This document shows positions 1-11,830 of a stretch of 64,000 bases of DNA, one piece after another; position 1 is the stretch's first letter, and each line of letters starts with the position of its first letter. This DNA comes from Octopus bimaculoides (taxonomy: Eukaryota), in assembly GCF_001194135.2 (NCBI RefSeq), contig NC_068982.1:162602026-162666025 (forward strand), read 5' to 3'. The notes beneath the pieces are model-generated. The model was not told the DNA's origin. It worked only from the letters and a program-made list of their open reading frames with translations, and made no database searches. The position numbers were made by a program, and so were the translations under genes.

Positions 1-254
1 AATCACTTAGCCTACAAAACATTAGACTTAAGTTGTATAGAGTCTGTTATATGGTGGCAAAATGCTTAAAAGTCTAATGCTTAAATTCATTGTTCGGAAT
101 AGCAGGCAAGTGATTAGAACATGACATATGGTTGATAAGAAAAGATAGTTGGAGATTATACTAACTGAAACATATCAATAACACATCTAAGATAAAGAAA
201 TAATTTGAAAAACAGAAATCAATATATTTCTTAAGCTCTCTAAAATCTCATTTT

Positions 255-490
255 TAAATCCTTTTTGATACCAACATGCTCAACACCTACCACCCATGAA
301 TTTATGATACAAACTTCCTGTTTAAAAGTTAACTAAAACAAAAAACTTCCAGTAAAATTTCATGTTAACTTATGTTCCAAATACCAGGTTAATAAGGAGA
401 AAGTTATTTTATTAAATTTTTCATTATTTTCAAAATTAACTGAAAGAAAGGTAATATATTTCAACAGAAGTACAAAAACAAAAGTGTTAA
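255..490. mobile_element. Decayed piggyBac-type MITE
   Basis: Begins TTAAATCCTTTTTGATACC and ends CAAAAGTGTTAA, a degenerate TTAA|CCCTTT..AAAGGG|TTAA pattern. Related fragment near 48320-48420. Confidence 0.35.
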
Positions 491-1634
491 ACATATCCTA
501 ACATAAGAGATACACGGCAACTGTAAAACTTTGACTTGAAGATAGGTGGTTTAAAATGCTGCATAGCCACCACCAACAGCAACACTCTACTCTCTGTAAC
601 TCAATGGATCTAGTTGAAACTATGAATCACCTCATGTTAGTAGGGAAAAGCTCACCTATAAAACAAATGTTTCACTAATTCAAATTTACAGAATCATTTA
701 ACCCATGATTACTTCTCCATATTAATTTTGTCCAAGTTAACATGGTCTGACCTAGATTTTTGTGCTAGTACAATTTGTCCTAGTCCTGGCTCTCTATGTT
801 AACTTGCTTTGTCCTAATTTTCCATATAAGCATAATTTGTTCTAGTTCTCCAGATTAACATGGTTTGTCCCAGTTCTTGGTATTAATACAGTTTATACTA
901 GACCTGAAACAGTTTAGTCAACCATAAACCCAGGGAAAGCAAAGATATCTATTCATCAGTTATCTTTCAAAGTTTGAAACCAAGAAATGTTAATCAAGCC
1001 CTACAACTACTCAACTATACCTCCTTTCTGAAGCCAATATTTCTCAGAGAAATATATTAATCAGTAACTGAAAATATTGAAAAAGCAAGATGGTAAATGA
1101 TTATGTTAAAGATCTCATATCCATCCAAATAATTAACAGTAAATAAATAATAGAGTTCACACACAACTGAAGGAAGATGTGCTTGATTCTTTTACAGTTA
1201 ACCTGTCCAAAACTGCATCTAGTCTCTTGTTACCAACCCCTTTGGAACTACTTGTAAGAAGTGTTCGTATTTAAATGAAAAATCTCAATCAAAATCTTGT
1301 TATTATATTAATGATACAACAATATTCAAGTAGTTCCTTTAGAGTTTGATGTAAGAATATGTTATGTTGTGCACCAGATATCATTACCTTAATTTAATAG
1401 TTACAGTATTTTTTTTATCAAAATCCCCTCCAAATTTTTCATAATTTTGAAAATTTATTGAAACAAAATCAGTGTCTTGATAAAAATAAATTCAATAAAA
1501 TGGTTAAACAGTAGCATTACACAGATCCCCTCTCCAGTTAGTTTCTACATAAAGCTAGTGGTGACTCTTGGGTCTGAATGTAAAATAGCCTTTCTTTAGT
1601 ATATCTCTTCTTTTTGCATAGATTTTACTTAATT

Positions 1635-1821
1635 ATCTAGAAGCACAATGTGACCAGTAGTGTATAACAACTTCCAATAATCCTAGTTGACACAGGTGAT
1701 GTGTGTGTGTGTGTGTGTATTAGCAATAATTATAACAATAGAGAATATGGAGACTGGTACATTCTCAAAATTTAATTCTTTTTATTTTACAATGTCATAC
1801 AGCATATTTTTAGCAATTCAT
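1635..1821 (+). repeat. ~185-bp near-identical direct repeat, copy 1 (copy 2 at 5734-5916)
   Basis: About 5 substitutions plus a (GT)n length difference, counted by eye. Confidence 0.9.
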
Positions 1822-2827
1822 CCTCCACACATACACTGCCATGCCTTAACCACTCTAGACCCTACTCCAACAATTATGGCCAAATGAAAGTTTAATCTGG
1901 TCTACACAGGATTTGAATTGCTAGATCACAGGCATCAAGTTTGTTTCTAGCAGCTATCAATTTCAACAATCTTACCTCTGCATCAACTTAATGATTTATT
2001 TTAGCCCTACAGGGCACTAAAATATACCAACTTTCATCTACAGAGCATCTATGCTACCTTCAAACTTTTCTCACTACTCTACTAAAGTTTTAAAGTCCTC
2101 AAACAACATGAAACAAATCTGCAACAAAGTAAACAATATTCCAGAGAAATAATATATGTCACTGTAAGAGTTACAGAGACAGAAATACAAGAGAGTTTAG
2201 GGGAGGAAAGATGGGAAGACAGAGTGTGCATAAACTGAATGAGGAAGAGAGAGAAAGAGAAGGGGATGAGAGAGATAGCAGGAGAAAGAGATAAGGACAG
2301 AGAAATACAATCAACAATTTGAATGTTTTCTTTCCAACAATCTATGGAGAGAGGCTGTAGTGGTGATATAAGAGCAATGCAGTATACTAAACTATGTGAT
2401 ATTACAACATGAGAGTATGGTGTGAGAAACATGTAGGCTATGAAATATGAGTGTGCAAAGTATGAAGGTATGATAACATGTAGAGCAGTCTAAACTTTGT
2501 GATATTGCTACATGAATTTAGAGTATGATAATGAAAGCATGTAAAGCAGCTTAAACTATGTGATATTGCTGCATGTGCACAAATAGGGGAGAATGATAAC
2601 AAGTAAATAGCAATCAAAATTATACGATAATGCTAACTGAGTATATGAGTGATAATGATAACATATAGAGCAGCTTAAACTACAAGATTTTGCTACAGTA
2701 GAGCAGCATATTCTATAGCGTGATAGAAGGAGTTTACTCAGAGATTACTTCATCCAGCAAGATTTGAGAGACAACATGGAATATAATATAGTGCAGCGGT
2801 AACAGAAGCGGGTTTTACATCACTTAC

Positions 2828-2851
2828 CTCTTGACATGTCCATTCTGGGAC
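2828..2851 (-). CDS. RABGAP1: Candidate 24-nt microexon of the RABGAP1-like gene (VPEWTCQE)
   Basis: Pyrimidine tract TTGTTGTTCTCTCATTCATCTGCTAG, perfect donor GAG|GTAAGT; phase 0/0 after exon 7, no stop. No transcript evidence available. Confidence 0.55.
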
Positions 2852-3275
2852 CTAGCAGATGAATGAGAGAACAACAATAATGACTTTCACCTAATGAGGC
2901 TGTTTAGGGAACATGATTATTAAACACCGGGCTGAGTGTAATGCAGGGTGAAAAGGAGAACATAGAGAGAGGGGAAAATATGTTGATGAAACAATTGTCA
3001 GACAGAAACTATAACTGACACTTCAACCTAACCTCCGGACTGACCCAATCACAGCATTTTAGTTTTCATCAATCAATAAATAAATAAATAAATACAATTC
3101 TTTTGATTAGATTAATTTTTAGATTCAATTTTAAGTAAAATTGCCCAACAATACATTATTGTTTAAACTTTTAACAACTTTAACTTGTATGGTTTTGATT
3201 ATCAACCTAATAATTCAGCTGGTAAAATCTCCAAATTCTCACTGTCTTCAGAAACCATCTCTGTTAGAGAGGGGG

Positions 3276-3438
3276 NNNNNNNNNNNNNNNNNNNNNNNNN
3301 NNNNNNNNNNNNNNNNNNNNNNNNNNNNNNNNNNNNNNNNNNNNNNNNNNNNNNNNNNNNNNNNNNNNNNNNNNNNNNNNNNNNNNNNNNNNNNNNNNNN
3401 NNNNNNNNNNNNNNNNNNNNNNNNNNNNNNNNNNNNNN
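3276..3438. other. Assembly gap (others: 16741-16750, 19942-20132, 33407-33573, 49120-49430, 60978-61908)
   Basis: N runs, mostly flanked by dinucleotide microsatellites. Confidence 1.
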
Positions 3439-3473
<35 letters not shown>

Positions 3474-4015
3474 TGTGGAAAGAGAACAATACTTTAATAC
3501 AAAAGGAGATAAATAGCTAGATTTAAGAAGTTAGCTGCCAGTAGCAGTTGCCAGCTGTGACAGTAATGGATGGAATATACTATAAATATGGTCTAGTCAG
3601 TGAAATTGTATGTGTATGTGTGTGTGTATACATATATATATATGACCTCTCTTACTTTTTATAGAGCAATGAGCAATACTTCAGGTTAATTTGTTACTAA
3701 AGGTAGCACCTCAAGACTTCATGGTACTAAATTAGATGGCACTTAAAGATCCAGGAAACATATGATGAAAAGCATTCCAGTTGTAATCAAACCATCTTTT
3801 AAGGGATCTAAGAAATACATTGTCCAAAATGTCCATGTTTTATGAAGATATGGTGTGAATTGATGAAGATTTGACTGCTATTTCTAGCATAGAGCAGTGG
3901 CCCCAAAGGGTGGGTGGCAGATTTTAAAACAAAATACGATTTAAACTTTAGAAAATCTAAACTAATGCTTGACTGTCTTAAAAAGTATTTATTTATTATA
4001 GTTATACACAAGTAT

Positions 4016-4327
4016 AGGTGTAGGTGTGGCTGTGTGGTAAGAAATTTGCTTTCCAACCATTGGTTCCAGGTTCAATCTTACTGCATGGCACCTTGGGAAA
4101 GTGTCTTCTACTATAGTTCCTGGCTATCCTTATGAGTAGATTTGGTAGACAGGTGTGTGTGCCTTGATGTTGTGTGATGGGAAAATATTACCTTATTTGG
4201 AAACAGGTGAGAGTTGGCAGCAGGAAAGGCATCCAGCCATAGAAAACCTTGCTCAACAAATTTCTTCTGACCCATGCAAGCATGGAAAAGTTGACATTAA
4301 AAGGACAACAACAATGATGATGATGAC
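4016..4327 (+). mobile_element. SINE with family C head and RTE-type (GAT)n tail
   Basis: Head as in family C up to GATTTGGTAGAC, then CAGGAAAGGCATCCAGCCATAGAAAACC...GCATGGAAAAGTTGACATTAAA...(GAT)n. Confidence 0.75.
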
Positions 4328-4974
4328 TAAAGAAATAAGGTAAACAACAATTTCCTATATACTTTGAACTTTCTTTGTGAGGTGCACTAGTATTTCAAAT
4401 GTACCACAATGCAAAATATGATTAAGAATCACTAGTTCCATTGGCTTGCTTGAAGATTTGCTTGTTGCAAAAAAAAAAAAAAATCGTATTTCAAGACTAG
4501 TTGGACACTAAAAACTTGTCTGTAACAAAAGATGACATCTGAAGTTGGAAAATATGGTGCCTGAAGTTACAAAAGATGGCACCTGAAGACATTCAAAGGC
4601 TTTACTGATGAAAACAATATAAATATATAAAAGAAACGCTGTAAAGGTTTGATGAAGTAGATCTTGTTTAATAATCCCTTTGACCAGAAGTGATAACAGG
4701 TAAAGATTAAGTAGATTGTTAAGTCAATACATACATTAAAGAAGTTAATATTGTGAATAATCCTTGAGGAAAAATATAAAAGTAATCCTCAACCAATAGT
4801 TTGATACAATGTTCAAAATACAGGTCGGCTTTGTTTATCTGGAGTTGTTGTAGATGCTAGTAAAGAAATTGTTCATAAATGTTAGAATATCAGAAAAGAT
4901 TTACACAGAGACTGGTGATCAACTGTTTGGTTTCAGCAGAACATCAAAGAGAGATGAAAAAATGAATGACTTAC

Positions 4975-5141
4975 CTGTTTCAATTTGAGGTGGAATTGTT
5001 CATAGTGAGGTTTTTTAGTAAAGTACCAGAATCTCTCAGTCTGAGGGAATATTTTGGCTTTGGTTTCAATAGCAAATCTCACTGGTTCTTGGATGCCAGA
5101 GATAACCAAATCAACAGCAATAGTCAAAAACACACGATTAT
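4975..5141 (-). CDS. RABGAP1: RABGAP1-like exon 7 (DNRVFLTIAVDLVISGIQEPVRFAIETKAKIFPQTERFWYFTKK...FHLKLKQ)
   Basis: Acceptor CCTTATACTTTTTAG, donor CAG|GTAAGT; 167 nt, phase 1 to 0. AVDLVI...EPVRF..ETK and FxLKLKQ are conserved. The gene continues past position 1. Confidence 0.95.
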
Positions 5142-5439
5142 CTAAAAAGTATAAGGAAAAATAAATAGTCAAAATATCTTCTTGTGCAATCAATGACAGA
5201 TAATTGAAAGTATTTTGAAATATATTTAAATAGTGTATTTTTCCACTCATATATATATATACTTGGGGCACACAGTAAATGTGCACTGAGACATAGATGA
5301 AATCTCAAGGAGAATAAGGGTAGAATGGTAGGCTTTTACCTCAATAAAAGATGTGCTTAAAGCAAAGCTGGACAAGACCTTATATGCCAGTCTCTTCAGT
5401 AGCACTGTCCTATCTGTGCCCTTATATACAAGTGAAATG

Positions 5440-5733
5440 TGGTTTACTATGGAGCGAGAAGAACAACAATTGGCTATGACACAAAGAACATATCTGAAAT
5501 GAGGTGATTCAAGAATGAAAGACAGTGAATGACATGACTGCAGAATACTAGAAGTACAAATTCCACTGGGCCAGACAGTGCAAAGTTCACAGACAACAAG
5601 TAGACCCATGCAGTGGCTGAGTGGTATCCAAGACATCAGCAAAGAGCACTTGAAAGACCTCCACAACAACAGGGAGATGATTTATTAAAACAATGTGAGC
5701 CAAGATGGAAAAGAATGACACAATCAAGAAAAA
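5440..5733 (+). mobile_element. Old RTE-like LINE 3' remnant
   Basis: Degenerate translation resembling the RTE C-terminus (..PLG....RP.QWL..IQD..). Confidence 0.45.
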
Positions 5734-5916
5734 ATCTGGAAGCACAATGTGACCAGCAGTGTATAACAACTTCCAATAATCCTAGTTGACACAGGTGATG
5801 TGTGTGTGTGTGTGTTAGCAATAATTATAACAACAGAGAATATGGAAACTGGTACATTCTCAAAATTTAATTCTTTTTATTTTACAATGTCATACAGCAT
5901 ATTTTTAGCAAATCAT
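5734..5916 (+). repeat. ~185-bp near-identical direct repeat, copy 2
   Basis: Matches 1635-1821. Confidence 0.9.
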
Positions 5917-7825
5917 TTAAATTCATTTAGAGATTGAAGTAAGACGAACAGTATGAGCTTAAGCAGACTAATATGGTCTCTTAAAGATAGGAACCAGGGC
6001 TTTACCACAGAATGGGAGATAATCTGCATGGCTAAACCATATGGAATAGTGGGGAAACAGATTTGAACTATGTATAGAAGAACTGTACCAAATTTTTACA
6101 TTCAGACACAAATTACTTAATAGCAGGCTGGAACAGGCCCTAAGATGCTTACATTAACATAAAAAAGCCTTTAAGAAATTTAATACACATTCTAAATAAC
6201 TCAATATCCCACCCACAGATGGGTGGGAATGAAAAGATAGAAGCACATGTCCTAAACTCCCCAATTATATAGCCAAGTGTATATTCCTTTTCCTTTCTAC
6301 TATCCATCATAATTAACATCACAGCCACAAAAATATCTGAATAACTAAGAACATAACAGAACTGAACCACCCTAAAATAAAATACATTACAAGAACTATA
6401 CTTGAAAGTAAGCTTATTAAGTACCCATCCACTACAATATACAAAGAAGCCTGCCAAAGCAGTAACATAAACTCTGACCTAATTAGATAGAACCCTGACT
6501 TTGGCCAGCAACTGATGTGAAACCGAGGTCAACCACACTAGTTTACAAACAGATCAGATTCCAGATTCAAAACACCCTCCCCTCACTTCCCACTGAACCA
6601 TAATCAATAAACAACTAACTGAATTCAGGTAGCTTCAAGCCAAGCTGGTTGAAAGACCCTGAACAAAGCTATGCAACTGCACATACTCTGTGCAGTGGAA
6701 ACACATGTAGGTTGTCATAACCATAAAAATATGCTGTATGACATTGTAAAATATAAATTTTGAGGATGTACCAGTCTCCATATTCTCTATCATTATAATT
6801 ATTGCTGATATACACTTCAGATAATATTACCATCCAGTGAAGTGAAGTGAACTTGGAATTACCCATCGAAGGAATTTACAGTGTGAGTGATAACTCCTAA
6901 TAGCCACAGGCATTAAATACTAATTGATATGGTTAGCTGTAACCTGGAACACAACTGAGAGCTACCACGGTAGCCGCCTGGCCAGATAATGTATCCCTCT
7001 AACCCCGCCACACGCATGCGCATATATGTGTGTATGTATGTCTTTATACACAGTTATATAAAGAAATAATCAAACATTAATTGGAAAAAGTCAACAAGGA
7101 CTTTCAAGTTTCACTGTCGTTGATTTCATTGGACTGTCTGACAATGCCAGCATCTAGTGAGACTTCAAAGACCGTGTGTGTGTGTGCGTGTACACACACA
7201 TACTGTTTTATGTATATATCATCAACATTTTACATCTGTTTTGCATGCTGGCATGAGGTAGCAGCTCAATAAGATTCAATGGGTCAGAGGACCCATCTTA
7301 CTTCAGTGCCTCAATTTTGGCAAAGTTTCTATGGCTGAATGTTTTTCATAACATCACCCACTTCGCAGGGTGTACTGGATGCATTTTTTCATGGCACCAA
7401 TTATAGAGGTTGTCTTGCTCTCAGCAAGACTAAAGAGTCATTTCAACCTTACATTCATTGTCTCTGCTTGGGTATAATTGGTGTTTTTTTCCATGCCACC
7501 AGCACTGAACAATTAAATCCTATACAACATAAGAATATATGAGATTTGCTTCTTTAGCCCAGGTCAGCTCTCGTTGAGCAAACCGATGTACAAAAGCTTT
7601 CTAGTTGTGATCATTATCCTAAATTTTTTGCAGTTGTAGTGTATCCATGGCTACATCATAATGGTCATAGATACACTAGGGTGTCATGTGAGAAAGATTT
7701 GTCTGTTGTTTCTAGCAGTTCATCTGACCATACAGAGGTGTTTAGGCTAGTGATAGAGATTTATCTATCAACTCAATAATACAGATTTAAGGATCATACA
7801 GTTGTTCATTAAAGAGGGAACTTAC

Positions 7826-7928
7826 CTTTCTCTGTTTCAGAGTTCAGTACAGTAAAACTAGGTTCTGTGGGGTCCCAATGGCCAGAAATGATATAACTTT
7901 TACCATCATTGCTATTACCCATGCATTC
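7826..7928 (-). CDS. RABGAP1: RABGAP1-like exon 6 (ECMGNSNDGKSYIISGHWDPTEPSFTVLNSETEK), absent from the ORF track
   Basis: Acceptor TTTTTTTAATTTCCAG, donor AAG|GTAAGT; 103 nt, phase 0 to 1. Matches ESMGKSSDGKSYVITGSWNP. Confidence 0.93.
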
Positions 7929-10745
7929 CTGGAAATTAAAAAAAAGAATCAACATTAGATTCTATAACAAAAGTTTTCTCTGTACAGAGACAATAAAACA
8001 GATTGTTGTTGAGACTTTAACTCACAATCAGTGCTAATCAAGTAAATCTATGATCAAAAGCAGTCATAAAAGGTTCATCCCCTATTTGTTTAAAATATCA
8101 TATTTGCAAGACTACATTCTCTAGAATATGCATCTCTTCATTTGGCCAGTGCTTGCCTTTGGAAACTAATTTGGCAACTGGCTGCACAGAAATTGTTATG
8201 TGAATTATATAACAACTGATACTTCAGAAAACATTGAGGTAGGGAAGATGTGGTAGTGTAAGTAGAGATGACAGTTCTTGTCATTGTGCTGTGGTTGTGG
8301 TAGAGGTGATAGTGCTAGTGGTGGTGTGGTGATTATATAGCAATGACTGTTAGTTGCAATGGTGGTTAGGGTTAGGGTGGTGATAGCACTGCAAGTGGTG
8401 GTGCAGTGAAAACAACTGCAGTATAAAATATTCATCTAGTATTCCAATTATTTAGGTCAAGCTTGTTTAAATATTAAGCCTTTGAATATAAATATCTCTT
8501 CAAAGTTAGGAGGGATCACAATTATAACACTATACTTCTGTAGAAGCTGTGCATCAGCTATATAGCTGTAATAGCATAGGTACTATATAATTCAGCTGTA
8601 GTTGTATAGAAGATGTATAGTACAACTGGAATTGTATAGTAGTTATATAACTACTGCATAGTTAGCTTTTAATGATTACAGTTGTCGTTGAGTAGATGTT
8701 GTACAGTACAGTAATTGTATAGTTATTAGTACACCTGTTGTTATATAGCTATTGTACAATACAGCTATATTGTACAGTTACTGTATAGTATAGCTTTTCT
8801 ATATAGTTCAGCCATAGATAGGTACTATATAGTAGAGCTGTGTTTGTACAGATATAACACTGTTGAATTAGAGTAGAGCTGTTTTTATACTTTGCACTCA
8901 TACATAATTAGCACCACTTTGGGGTAATGAAATGCCAGAAAAATAAATCTCATCTATAATACACACTGACTCTTCTTTTGGGTACTCTTTGAGGAAAGTG
9001 GCATCATCAGAAATGAAACCATCAATTTTGGGAAATGTAAAACTTAACTTGCCTTTCCTGGAACAGACAAGTAAATACTTCAAAATTGAAGAATCACACA
9101 CTACTCTCCAATTTCTTTTATTCCAAAATACTCTATCAATTACTAAGTTTTGAATGCCAGGTATCATGTTAAAACATCATTAGATCTTATATATTTAACT
9201 GTTTTCATCTTGTTTAACTCTTGTCATAGCAGATATCTCTATGACAAGAGTCATTCATAAATTTCCCTTCCAAAAACTTACAATATTTTTCAGTACTTTT
9301 TAAATCATTTTTTTTTCTTTAAGATATGTCTTTCTTTCAAAAATACTAGCTTAATAAATTAACTAAATTATTTTAACAAAAGTGTTGATGATGATGATGT
9401 TGAGAAATGAAAACGGTACTCTTTTAAAACACTTCCAACTTGTTTTTTATTCTTTATTTCTTTAATTTTTAAAAAAAGGTCTTCAGATATCTAAGTTTTA
9501 AATATCAATGTTTCCAGAATACATACCATTCCAAGTTGTAATATAAACTTGGCTAAGCAAAGTTCTGATCAAAGCACACAATACAACATTGTTTTTAATT
9601 TTTAAAAAATTGCCAGATCCTATATGTTCAAATCATAAACTGAAAGATCATTTTAAAAACAAACTGTAATAAAAACAGTAGAAAAGTTTTTAAAACCCTG
9701 CTAATATTTAAAACAAAATTAAAACAGTCTTTGGTTGTTTTCATCTTGTTTAAACTTGTCTCAGAACAGACATACATTTCCATTCTTAAAAAAAATTAAA
9801 TTTCAAATTAATAATCATATTTTGTTTACTTTTTATAAAATATGACCTTTTATCATGGTCAGTGTTGACTGTAAAAAGTGCATCTGTTGCATAAAATCAC
9901 CACACAATTATGTTTTTTATTTTCTTCTCTAAAAAAATCAATTTGCATTTGATAATGTATACTTTCAGTTTACCATGTGTTGCCAAAGGGAAACAAATGT
10001 TAAGTGAAAATTTTGTAAAATCCCTCTTATATTTTTATAACCAGTTTTCTTTTTGAAGAACATTCTTTTGATTTATACTTTGAACATCATACATTTTAAT
10101 TTAACAAAAACATTAATTATGCAATATATATTGTTTAATATAATGTCAATATTTTTAATACAATAAAAGGAAATATTTATATATTAATGATAAATTATAT
10201 ATATTAAATGATTTGAACATTAAATGATATATTGACTGATTGCTCATGGATAGACTGCATTTTTGTTATTCTCTAATATAGCAAGATACAGAAACACAAA
10301 TAAAATATTTAGAAGTGTACGTTCTTGTGGCAGTGTCTGTGCACAAACTGAGCATTGTATAAACAAAAATTAAATACATTTGATTATTTGGTTGTTCCTG
10401 TTTTGGTTTTACATTTTACTTCTGAATCAAATTCAATGTGTAAATAAGGTAGTGAACAGCTCTGAGCAATATGATCTTATAGGTGCAATTATGAAATATG
10501 ATCAACATTTAATGTATTATTACACTATCAAAGAAAAACGTTAGATTATTATAGTGATTTTAAACTCTTCTTTTAGCTTTTAACTTACGCCATCCTGAAT
10601 ATGACCATGGAAAGATGAGGAACATTTAGTTCTCATGTAATGCATACCCAAAATGTACAGATTTTTAGGTTTAAAGATCTGGAAAAAAAGTGTGCAAATT
10701 ATACATGAATAAACATAGTATTCTATACAGCCCTATAGTATAGAC

Positions 10746-11020
10746 CAGGGGTTTTCAAACTGTGGTCCGCGGACTACAGGGGGTCCGCAAGGACAAGACA
10801 GGGGGTCCGTGGACAGCAAATACTTTTTATGGGCAATTTGATTTTATATATGTTTTTTAATAGAAATCTTTTAATTGACAATAAACCTATTTGTTAAATA
10901 CTGTTAAATAAATAAATATAAAAATATATCTTATTTTAAGCAAATATTTATGTATAAATTTCATAAGGTAAAGCCTGAAATATAAAGGGGTCCGCAAGTC
11001 AAAAAGTTTGAAAACCCCTG
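10746..11020. mobile_element. hAT (Charlie-type) MITE, 275 bp
   Basis: Perfect 15-bp TIRs CAGGGGTTTTCAAAC / GTTTGAAAACCCCTG and a perfect 8-bp TSD GTATAGAC on both sides. Confidence 0.92.
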
Positions 11021-11292
11021 GTATAGACAGTGTTATATAGCTAACATATACAATGCGTGTATAGCTATATGTGTACAGGTGTTATGTAATACAGCTATAG
11101 TAGTATACATACTATACAAAACAACTAAGTTGTATAGTTTCCTTATAGATAACTCTATATTAATATAAAGAACTATAAAGACAGCTATAGTTGAACAGAT
11201 ATGAGGGGAAGGGAGTCCTATACTGTTTCAGTTGCATACACCATATGAAATAATGATATAAAGAATATATTCCAAATTATCAAATATCTTAC

Positions 11293-11359
11293 CATTTCAA
11301 TCAGCTGCATATCTCCATGTTTCACATTTCTACCAGGAGACAGCAATAAGCCAAAACAT
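11293..11359 (-). CDS. RABGAP1: RABGAP1-like exon 5 (CFGLLLSPGRNVKHGDMQLIEM), absent from the ORF track
   Basis: Acceptor CTTTTGTTTCAG, donor ATG|GTAAGA; 67 nt, phase 2 to 0. CFGLLLSPG is identical to RABGAP1. Confidence 0.93.
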
Positions 11360-11529
11360 CTGAAACAAAAGATTATACAATATATAACACCAATGCCTCT
11401 GTAACCCTTTTAGATACAAATTGCCTTTCATTCCATGATGTAAAACTTCCTGTTTTTAATTGTTCGTATTTCTTTTTTCCTGATTGCTTTAGTTTTAAGA
11501 AAAAAATTGTGCCAATAGTGTTTGCAAGA

Positions 11530-11830
11530 AATAAACAAAAAACATGCAGGAAGAGAATCCCAGAGAAACAATGTTCTGGAGAGGGAATATTGGGGCTGAT
11601 TATACAAGGCCAAGTAAGAAGATATTGGTGGTACAGAGAGGAGAGATGAGTTGGAAGTATCTGAGTGGGAATAGAAGCCCGGCCAAACAGAGACTATAGT
11701 AGAAAAGTTTGGAATAGGAAACAGCAAATTTGTGACCCAGAGGGTGGAGTGTGATGGCAAGTAACTTCATGCCAAATGTTCCTTGAATGCAGTCTACAAT
11801 GTTTGTATGTGTAGAAGCAGTATTCTCTTG
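11530..11830 (-). mobile_element. LINE RT C-terminal remnant
   Basis: SRTLFLWDSLPA resembles the LINE end motif PRT..LWNSLP. Confidence 0.45.

Noticed and set aside
1021-1067. 47-nt candidate next exon (TTTTCAG...GAG|GTATAG)
   Set aside because: In-frame TGA in phase 0, weak donor and no similarity to RABGAP1.
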